Source: an uncultured archaeon (GTDB lineage: Archaea; EX4484-52; CAZKIC01). From it: a stretch of DNA of 27,858 nucleotides. The stretch's first letter is position 1; every line of letters begins with the position of its first letter. Positions 1 through 7,484 of the stretch are shown one piece after another. Made by a program: the position numbers and the translations under genes. A model generated the notes under the pieces. The model saw nothing but the letters and a program-made list of their open reading frames with translations, was not told the DNA's origin and did no database searches. The stretch spans positions 1 to 27,858 of the forward strand of contig CAZKIC010000001.1 of assembly GCA_964552785.1 (NCBI GenBank), written 5' to 3'.

Positions 1-1728
1 TGTATAAAGCGAACTTAAAAATGATTCCCATCGACCGCCAAAACCTAATGGGATTAGGGAACTTATCTGCTTCTTTATTTCATCAAATCTGTTTCCTCCT
101 TCAATGTATTCTTTTATTTCTTCTATCGGATTTTCTGATAGTATTGTTGTATAAAATACATATCTTTCAAATCCATTTTTTTGTTTTTCAGTTAATGATT
201 CATAAAACTCATTTACTTCTTGTTCGCCAACCATAGCCAAAATATTATCTAATATCCTTTGTGAGTTGTCCAATAAATATTTGGTTGAGGCAGAAGATAG
301 TTTTCTCTTCATGTATTCTTCTTTCATAAAGGTGTACTTTGATTTCAAAGATGACACCACTACGTCTATGAAATATTGTCTGAGGCGCCACGAGTAATTC
401 CGTTCACGGCCTGACACTACATTCGAGATGCCTTTTAGATTCTCTTCATGCCCAAAGCCCTTATCTATCAGTTCCATATACTTTTCTAAAATACCAATTG
501 TTTTTGAAAGATTATCGTCATTTGCCCACATTGTGCTCTTGGCTATCGATTTTGAAACAACCTCTAAAGTTTCTGAGTTTATATATCCTTTATACCTGAG
601 TTGTTTCGATTTTTTTAATATATTGATTATTTCATCTGAAGACATACGATTAAGTAGTCTTGAGTAACAACAACTACAAAACCATCTAGTATTTAGCATA
701 ACTTCTGAAATAGGCTTTACACTAGAGCCATCAATATCACCACACTCTACTTGTTCTCCATAATCCTGTAAAAGAGAGATTGTTTCTGAGAAGTTCTCAT
801 CACTTCTATTTATTACACTCCATGCTATTACATCTGAAACAGATTTCAATGTTTCTTCATGCATCAATCCTTTATCCACTAGCTGTTTACATTGTTGGAA
901 CACAGATATTGTTTCCTCGGAGGATAAACGGTCAAGGAGTGTTAAATACTTATCATTCCTATCCTTTATTGCACTATTTGCTATTACTCTAGAAAACATT
1001 TCCAAATAATCCTGTGATCTAGAAAACAAAAAGTTCAACTTGTTCATTACTTTGTAGATTTTGTATATCTCATTGTTACGCCCAACAGAATCTATGTTCT
1101 CGTCTCTAAAGTCAAGACCTATCCATAATCTCTCAATAGACTCTCTGAGTTCTTCTTCATCTATTTTTCCGTTATATAATCCCAAAACTTCATTAATATG
1201 CCTTCTCAACACATACCTTTCAAATCCATCTCTGTCCATTACTGCTGTAAATCCTTCTTCCTTTTTGAATATCTGGGCTTTTATGTCAGAAAATAGCTCC
1301 TGTTGAGACAAAGTCAAAACAATGTCTGTATAAGGAGTTGTTTTTGCTTTGTCTAAAACCTCTTGGTATGTTCCTTTCAATACTCTATGTCTTGGCTTTA
1401 TACTTTCTGCCTGTCTGTTCAATATTTTCAAAGCATTAAACAGATCCTGCCTTGTTTTCACATTTGAAGGAATTTGAAATTCTTCCAACAAAGAATCAAC
1501 TGTTTCCAATATTTCTTTTTCATCTTTACTTGGAGTTCTAAAATCCAGTTCTATTGCATCTACATTTCCATCTATCTTTGTGTCTATATCCTTTATTTCT
1601 TTTAGAGCCTGTGCTATATGATCTATTCTTAATATGTATTCTTCTTCAGGAAGATTGTCATCTATGCTGTTTAATTTATCTTTTATTTCTTGTTCTATGT
1701 TTTCTTGAGTGTATGTTATTGTTAGCAT
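1..1728 (-). CDS. Large hypothetical alpha-helical repeat protein, >576 aa, 3' end beyond the window edge (absent from the ORF track)
   Basis: Manual translation: ATG at 1728, preceded by AAGGAG and 1 nt after the radical SAM stop, reads MLTITYTQENIEQEIKDKLN... with no stop for 576 codons to position 1. Internal ~45-aa repeats at about aa 237-440. Confidence 0.9.
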   Translation of the reverse strand, partial: MLTITYTQENIEQEIKDKLNSIDDNLPEEEYILRIDHIAQALKEIKDIDTKIDGNVDAIELDFRTPSKDEKEILETVDSLLEEFQIPSNVKTRQDLFNALKILNRQAESIKPRHRVLKGTYQEVLDKAKTTPYTDIVLTLSQQELFSDIKAQIFKKEEGFTAVMDRDGFERYVLRRHINEVLGLYNGKIDEEELRESIERLWIGLDFRDENIDSVGRNNEIYKIYKVMNKLNFLFSRSQDYLEMFSRVIANSAIKDRNDKYLTLLDRLSSEETISVFQQCKQLVDKGLMHEETLKSVSDVIAWSVINRSDENFSETISLLQDYGEQVECGDIDGSSVKPISEVMLNTRWFCSCCYSRLLNRMSSDEIINILKKSKQLRYKGYINSETLEVVSKSIAKSTMWANDDNLSKTIGILEKYMELIDKGFGHEENLKGISNVVSGRERNYSWRLRQYFIDVVVSSLKSKYTFMKEEYMKRKLSSASTKYLLDNSQRILDNILAMVGEQEVNEFYESLTEKQKNGFERYVFYTTILSENPIEEIKEYIEGGNRFDEIKKQISSLIPLGFGGRWESFLSSLYT

Positions 1729-1729
1729 T

Positions 1730-2395
1730 TTAAACTCCTTTTACCCTACATTCAACACTGTTCCCTTCCATATCTATCGTTTCAAGAGAGCATGAATCAC
1801 AATGATGTTCGCCGTCCACCACAACTAGCGGATTTATATTTATCTTGACGTGTTTGTATATTTCTTCAAGTTCACTCCTTGTTATCGTTTCAAATGAATT
1901 GTTTCTTTTTGTTCTAACCGCAGGGCTCAGCCTCAAACCAAAACCATTTTTATAAGCGTATTCAGCCACAGATCCTACTTCACTTAAGTTTCCCTTAAAA
2001 ACAACACAATTTAATGTTATTCTGTGTCCTCTCTCCTTGTATTTCTCTATGTTTTCAATAACTAAGTGCAAGTCCCTATTTGTGATATATCTATATGTTT
2101 TCTCATCCAGAGATGGCAGAGAGATTATTAAAGACGTCTCTTTAGGAAGTTCTTTATATATAGAGCCGTTTGTAGCCACAGCAATTTGTTTACCTTTAAT
2201 CAAACCATACACTATGACTTCTTCTATTGAAGGATAAAGCAAGGTTTCTCCTCCACTCAATCCTACAAACTCATCTTTTGTTGCTCCTATGAAATACTTT
2301 GCACTTTCTAAAGGCATAAATCCCTGCCTTTTTTCTCCGAGATAACAATAGACACAAGAGTGATTGCAAGATTCTGTCAACTCAATTATTCTCAC
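1730..2395 (-). CDS. Radical SAM protein (MoaA/PqqE/NirJ-like) with short C-terminal Cys cluster
   Basis: CxxxCxxC (CNHSCVYC), GGE (LSGGETLL), TNG (ATNGS), C-terminal HCDSC...C. GTG at 2395 preferred over 2404 because it lies 5 nt after GGTGA, the spacing seen for the upstream gene and adk. Confidence 0.88.
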   Translation of the reverse strand: MRIIELTESCNHSCVYCYLGEKRQGFMPLESAKYFIGATKDEFVGLSGGETLLYPSIEEVIVYGLIKGKQIAVATNGSIYKELPKETSLIISLPSLDEKTYRYITNRDLHLVIENIEKYKERGHRITLNCVVFKGNLSEVGSVAEYAYKNGFGLRLSPAVRTKRNNSFETITRSELEEIYKHVKININPLVVVDGEHHCDSCSLETIDMEGNSVECRVKGV

Positions 2396-3230
2396 ATTTT
2401 TCACCTTTACTCTCCGTTAATTCCGGAGGCAAAACAGGTATCTTTCCACCTTCGTTCATTAAGTTGATATACAAAGCAGTTATAGATTCCAGATGTTCCT
2501 CTATGAATGTTGCGCTTTCCTCATCAAAACCCGATAAATCTACGTAAGATCTTATCTCGCGTATTTGCTGATATACGTCTTCATAAGAATATTCTTTATT
2601 CAGGAAAGCAATGTTAGATCTTATCTGTTCTTTTTTTACCTCTATTATTACTTCATAATGACTTCCTCTCTCACACCGTCTTGTGGATACATTATAAACA
2701 GAATCTATATGCTCAATGTGTTTTGGTCTTACATTCTCAATAGGTTTTCTGTAAACTCTCATAGATATATCATCTAATATTCTCTTTATCTCTGCATTTG
2801 TTGTGAAACCCAATCTCTCTATTAATTCTTTGTTTATATCTCCTGCAGGTGTTAAAAGCAGTTGATTAAGTAACAAATCGTGATATGCTAAAGTCAGAGT
2901 TTCAAGAACTATGTGTTTATGCAGCCTTGGTTCCTCTGAACCTCCATTTTCCATTACTTCTTTATACAACACCACTTGCAAATCGCGTATCATGTTTTTT
3001 ATATATGTTGCGTACTCTAATCTCAATCCTTCTGATGTAGCGATAGCATTATACAAAGCTCCATCTAACACAAAATAACTTGTTTGTCTTGGAGTATTTA
3101 TCTCTATTACTTTTCCGCCTCTTTGTCTTAATTCGTATGCTTCTCTTTTGTCTTTTGTATGAACATATCCTCTGAACTCTTTTTCAATTTCTTCCTGATA
3201 AACTGTAGTTGGAACATAAATTCGCTCCAT
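2382..3230 (-). CDS. Hypothetical protein (~281 aa), no recognisable motif
   Basis: Long ORF; ATG at 3230 follows AAGGTGA by 5 nt; tightly coupled to both neighbours, overlapping the radical SAM start. Confidence 0.82.
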   Translation of the reverse strand: MERIYVPTTVYQEEIEKEFRGYVHTKDKREAYELRQRGGKVIEINTPRQTSYFVLDGALYNAIATSEGLRLEYATYIKNMIRDLQVVLYKEVMENGGSEEPRLHKHIVLETLTLAYHDLLLNQLLLTPAGDINKELIERLGFTTNAEIKRILDDISMRVYRKPIENVRPKHIEHIDSVYNVSTRRCERGSHYEVIIEVKKEQIRSNIAFLNKEYSYEDVYQQIREIRSYVDLSGFDEESATFIEEHLESITALYINLMNEGGKIPVLPPELTESKGEKCENN

Positions 3231-3240
3231 TATACTCACC

Positions 3241-4695
3241 TTACGCTATATCTGTGAATATATCTCCTATCTCTTCCCTTATTTCATCCCATGCTACTTG
3301 AGCATAATTATTTTCTGTTGATACCGACATATTAGCTTTTCTTCCAAGTTTTTTAGCAAGTTTCTGAAGTTCTGCAATTCTTTCAACATCTCTCACAGAC
3401 ATACCTTCAACATAGTCAATCTCTACTTCGTTTCTTCTTGCATATTCTTCTATGAATTCTCTTGAAGGTAAAGGCATGAATCCTTTATAAGGGAATCTCG
3501 TAAGTGTTCTGCTCATCAATCCGGGATTATTGGTTGTACCAACTATATAAACTCCTTCCTTTGGTTTGCTAAGATGACTCAAAAAGAAGTTTATTTGATC
3601 CATTTTGTAGTATCCGTAACTTCCCAAAAGCCCCTCTACTTCATCCAACACCACTATACATGGAGCGGATGCTTCAGCCATCTTCAACACTTTCTTTAAC
3701 CTGTTTACTGTTTCACCAACAAATTTGTTTTCTAATTCAGAGCCACTTATAAAAATGTAGTTGTAATTATTTTTCTTAGCGAAAGCTTCCACAAGTGTCG
3801 TTTTTCCTGTACCGTGCGGACCGTAGAGAAGTATGTTCGCGCCTTCCTCTAATGAAAACAACGCGTCCAAAATTGTTATATGTTTTTCATAAGTTACAGT
3901 TATCAAATCTTTGAAATCAACAGAAGGTTCTTTGAAGTAGGACACAGTCTTTTTTACAGTCGGCTTGAAAACCTTCAATGCACGATCCACACTTTCTTTC
4001 GATATTTTTCTATTATTTGTTCTTTCCAATTCAGCAGCATAAGCTCTGCCCAAAAAGTCAACCAGATCTGCTGGTGTGTATCCCGATGTTTTTGAAGCTA
4101 CATATTTTCTTAAATCATCGTTAATCTTAAATCCCACCGTATCGGAATCAATAAGAGTATTAATTATAGCTAATCTTTGGTCGTAATTAGGCATATTGAA
4201 CTCAATTTCAAAGGATAATCTTCCTCCCCTTTTTAATGCCGGTTCTATCTCGCTCAGATAATTGGTTGTTGCTAAAATGTATATGTCTTTATTGGAGCCA
4301 TTTCCATCCAGTTCCGTTTTTAAAGAAGAAATAATCCATCTGTTATTTTTATCTCGTTCTGCTATTGATTCAAATTCATCATAAAATATTATGACTTTCT
4401 TTCCTTTAGTAACTTCCTTTCTCGCGTAATTAAACATATCTTTTATTGCTTTTGGATTTATTTCCCCTTCTATGATCTCCAAATCTCATTTATCTATTTC
4501 ATCCCTAAAAGAATCGTAAATAATTTGCATTGCTGTCTTTGTTTTTCCTGTTCCGGGAAATCCATAGAAAATAGCACCTAAAGAACCCGTTTCTCCAAAT
4601 TGATGATCATCTCTCTCAAAGCACGCATATCTTAATTCTTCTAATTGCGTCTTGGTTTCTTCATCCAGTATTAGAGGATGTTTTGGTAATCTCAA
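3241..4695 (-). pseudogene. CDC48/VCP-like tandem AAA+ ATPase without N-domain, interrupted by one in-frame TGA (pseudogene, sequence error or recoded gene)
   Basis: ORFs 4486-4695 and 3241-4482 share a frame: ...GAT AAA TGA GAT TTG GAG. D1 Walker A GFPGTGKT lies before the stop; Walker B IIFYDEFE and SRH TTN..EPALKRGGRL lie after it. D2 has GPHGTGKT, pore loop KFVGE and VLDEVE. Confidence 0.8.
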
Positions 4696-4826
4696 ATTAA
4701 TACGTCTAGGTTCATATAACTCTGATGAAGGAACATAACCTCTTGAAGGTCTTTGATTGTGATCTCCACCCGAATGTGTTCTTCCGTCTCTTTTTTCCCA
4801 TCTCCAAAAATATTATATTTGCTCAT
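4692..4826 (-). CDS. 44-aa leader ORF (MSKYNIFGDGKKETEEHIRVEITIKDLQEVMFLHQSYMNLDVLI), or frameshifted true N-terminus of the AAA gene
   Basis: ATG 4826 preceded by GGTGA and a TATA box; its TGA overlaps the TTG of the AAA frame (TTGA). The AAA frame is open from about 4810 and is -1 relative to this ORF at GGG AAA AAA G. Confidence 0.45.
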   Translation of the reverse strand: MSKYNIFGDGKKETEEHIRVEITIKDLQEVMFLHQSYMNLDVLI

Positions 4827-4872
4827 TTGTTCACCATTGTTAATCTATTTTGTCATTATTTAGTGATTAACA

Positions 4873-4880
4873 TATTTAAA
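4873..4880 (-). promoter_or_regulatory. Putative TATA box of the AAA/radical SAM operon
   Basis: TTTAAATA preceded by purine-rich GGTAGAAATC, 47 nt upstream of ATG 4826. Confidence 0.55.
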
Positions 4881-5211
4881 GATTTCTACCTTCTTAGGAG
4901 TTGGCCCGTTTGAAGCTACGACAGACAACCAACTAAACCAATATCAATACACAAAACCATTCTTAACCCGGCCAGAATTCAAGTAACAAGTCAGAACTAG
5001 TTAACATTAAAGAAGCACAATGCAATATCAGACAAATTACCAAACACAAAAAAAGATTCGTGCTTCCACAAATAAATGAAGGTTTAATCTTTTAATATTT
5101 AAATTCAGCAAACCATACACAAATTCACAAAAGCAGTTTAGGTATGCATAAGAGAGATAGGAAGTCTAGGAAGATCCAAGTAAGGAGTTGTATTATACAT
5201 ATTCTATCTCA

Positions 5212-5547
5212 TTAATATCGTCCCTCTGCCGTAGCTTCCGAAAAAAAGGATTCTATAACTACCAGTTGTACCAGAAAAACAAATGTTATCGCATATATCA
5301 ATTTCAGAAAAGAATTGTTCAGAAAAAAAGAAGCCAACCCAAAAATAAAAGACAAAATACTTAAAAACAGACCGATCTCGTAAATAATATGCTGGTTATA
5401 CACAATTTCTACAGCACTGGAGTCATCCAGACGTATTGCATGAATAACAATCATGAATAAAGATATTATTATACTAACCAGATACATATCCTTCAATCTG
5501 GGCCGAGGCCCGTCAGGGGATGGCCTACTGTAAATTAACGTATCCAT
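5212..5547 (-). CDS. Small hypothetical membrane protein (~3 TM helices)
   Basis: Three hydrophobic segments (YLVSIIISLFMIVIHAI; IGLFLSILSFIFGLASFFL; LIYAITFVFLVQLVVI); starts 8 nt after the archease stop. Confidence 0.65.
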   Translation of the reverse strand: MDTLIYSRPSPDGPRPRLKDMYLVSIIISLFMIVIHAIRLDDSSAVEIVYNQHIIYEIGLFLSILSFIFGLASFFLNNSFLKLIYAITFVFLVQLVVIESFFSEATAEGRY

Positions 5548-5555
5548 AAACCCGC

Positions 5556-5966
5556 CTATTGATCTGCAACAACATGAGCTTCGTAAACAGAGTTCTTTTT
5601 TTCTATCCTTAAGTTGTTGAATGTCACAGCTTTTATGCTTCCAAACAACTTATAGCTTTCGTTTATCTCGTCCCCTAATAATGTTGCTTTAAGCTTGCCC
5701 TTTTCTATCTTTACTTCCCTGACAGTGTTTAATAAGAAATATTCTGCATCCAGCAAATATATAAATTCATTCAGAAAACCAAACAACAACTCAATGTTGT
5801 CCTTTCCCTCTATCTCTATTTTCACTTCCTTTCTTGGTTTAACTTTCGTAGTATCTGTTATTAGATTAATCAATGCCAGTGCCGCGTTTTTGAACAATTC
5901 TTCTATATCCTTGCCATAAGCAACAAAATAAGCGTCTGCTGTATGATTTAGATATTTATATTTCAT
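5556..5966 (-). CDS. Archease (RtcB tRNA-ligase cofactor family)
   Basis: N-terminal YLNHTAD motif, ELLFGFLNEFIY, C-terminal IKAVTF...VVAD; 136 aa, typical size. Confidence 0.92.
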   Translation of the reverse strand: MKYKYLNHTADAYFVAYGKDIEELFKNAALALINLITDTTKVKPRKEVKIEIEGKDNIELLFGFLNEFIYLLDAEYFLLNTVREVKIEKGKLKATLLGDEINESYKLFGSIKAVTFNNLRIEKKNSVYEAHVVADQ

Positions 5967-6024
5967 TACTATAGAATATTATTTAAATTTTTTAATGGTA
6001 TTGCAGGACGCCCGAATAACAACA

Positions 6025-6591
6025 TCAAATCAGTCTTTTTTCCAAACTTATAATATAGAACGCGCTAAGAAAACACAAAACAGACATTATGACGAAAAGA
6101 ACTTTAAATCCAAACACACTAGCTATCAGACCACCAATCGCAGATCCAATAGCGATTGAAAAATAATTCATTGATTCCCATGCGCCCCATTCTCTGCCGG
6201 CTTTTCTTTCAGTGACATGTTTAGAATAAAGAGCGTCAAAAGCAGGAGAATAGAATGCTTCTGCAAAACCAGTTAAAATCTGAACCATGAACAAAAACCA
6301 GATTGAGTTTACAAAAATATAAAGAAAGAATCCTATACCCATTACAAAATAACCAGAAGCAACAATCAAATCGTCTCTTTTGTTTTTATCTGCAAATTTT
6401 CCTGCAATCAATGTTGTTACTCCTGCCGCCAATGCAAATAAACCACTAGTGAACCCTGCATCTAATATATCCCCGCCAACTTCTTCAACAAACAGGGCAT
6501 AAATAGGACCAAGCATAGCGCCAGCAAACAATACCAACCCATTCGTGATCAACAACACTCGCAGCGCTTTATTGAATAAGAACCTTCTCAT
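6025..6591 (-). CDS. Half-size (6-TM) MFS-family transporter
   Basis: Six hydrophobic helices; MFS motif A-like GKFADKNKR after TM2; QILTGFAEAF..PA and GSAIGG motifs; only 188 aa with a clean start and stop. Confidence 0.82.
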   Translation of the reverse strand: MRRFLFNKALRVLLITNGLVLFAGAMLGPIYALFVEEVGGDILDAGFTSGLFALAAGVTTLIAGKFADKNKRDDLIVASGYFVMGIGFFLYIFVNSIWFLFMVQILTGFAEAFYSPAFDALYSKHVTERKAGREWGAWESMNYFSIAIGSAIGGLIASVFGFKVLFVIMSVLCFLSAFYIISLEKRLI

Positions 6592-6680
6592 AAACTAATA
6601 TTTATCATATACAATTATATAATTTACAACAAAAACAAATATAGAAAAATATATTAGTAACTTACTACAATCTATATATA

Positions 6681-7484
6681 ATGAAAACAAATTACGTAAT
6701 ATTTACAGATCTGGACGGCACACTGCTTGATCATGAGACTTATTCTTTTGAAGATGCATCAGAATCTTTAGAATTGATTAGAAAACACAACATACCATTG
6801 ATATTGTGTAGCAGCAAAACAAAAGAGGAAATCATATATCTGAGAAAAAAACTGAACCTCAAACACCCATTTATAGTTGAGAATGGTGGTGCCGTATACA
6901 TTCCAAAGAATTATTTTGACTTCAAATACCATTACGATAGAGAAGATCCTGATTACAACATAATAGAGTTCGGAACTTATATTGATGCCCTTGAAAAAAC
7001 TCTCAAGAGAATAAAAAACAGAGGTATAAAGATAATATCTTTTATTGATATGACTCCTGAAGAGATATCTAAAGACACCGGTCTTGGAATAGAAGAGTCT
7101 GTAAGAGCTGGAAAAAGAGAGTATGATATACCCTTTAAGATACTGGATAATGATAATGAAAAAACAATTAAAGAGATTATAAAGAAAGAAAAGCTGAATT
7201 ACACAAAAGGCGGAAGATACAGCCATATAATGGGAGATAACAACAAAGGAAAAGCCGTCAGAAAATTAATGGAGTTGTTCAGGAAGAAAAACAATAACAT
7301 AAAATCTATAGCTCTCGGAGATTCTCAAAACGATTTTCCTATGCTGGATGCTTCTGATGTAGGTATATTGGTAAAAAGACCTGATGGCTCTTACTCCTCT
7401 GACACATACAGAAAAGCGCAAGGGGTGGGCCCAACAGGATGGAACAAAGCAATTCTCGAACTTTTGGAGGGAAAATATGAATAA
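6681..7484 (+). CDS. mpgP: HAD-IIB phosphatase, mannosyl/glucosyl-3-phosphoglycerate phosphatase family (MpgP/YedP-like)
   Basis: FTDLDGTLLD, CSSKT, PFIVENGGAVYIP, REYDIPF, GGRYSH..NKGKAV, LGDSQNDFPML. Confidence 0.85.
   Translation: MKTNYVIFTDLDGTLLDHETYSFEDASESLELIRKHNIPLILCSSKTKEEIIYLRKKLNLKHPFIVENGGAVYIPKNYFDFKYHYDREDPDYNIIEFGTYIDALEKTLKRIKNRGIKIISFIDMTPEEISKDTGLGIEESVRAGKREYDIPFKILDNDNEKTIKEIIKKEKLNYTKGGRYSHIMGDNNKGKAVRKLMELFRKKNNNIKSIALGDSQNDFPMLDASDVGILVKRPDGSYSSDTYRKAQGVGPTGWNKAILELLEGKYE

Noticed and set aside
4486-4488. Genome-wide TGA reassignment or selenocysteine insertion
   Set aside because: TGA terminates other genes here, TGG is used for Trp, the position is not a catalytic Cys site, and I saw no SECIS-like hairpin.
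1-5210. Provirus or integrated element
   Set aside because: No integrase, transposase, capsid or terminase motif, tRNA target or att-like repeat was seen; the left boundary is outside the window.
4881-5211. ncRNA or hidden gene in the 330-nt intergenic gap with strong A/C versus T/G skew
   Set aside because: Only ORFs of about 20-30 codons and no convincing stems were found. The minus-strand T7 run (5048-5054) may be a terminator but is too far from the stop to call.
5556-5966. Archease without adjacent rtcB as an anomaly
   Set aside because: The two genes are often unlinked in archaea, and absence cannot be judged from one window.
4873-6014. Second promoter motif CGGGC-N22/23-TTTAAATA before the AAA operon and archease
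   Set aside because: Only a 5-mer, two instances and unequal spacing; not distinguishable from chance.
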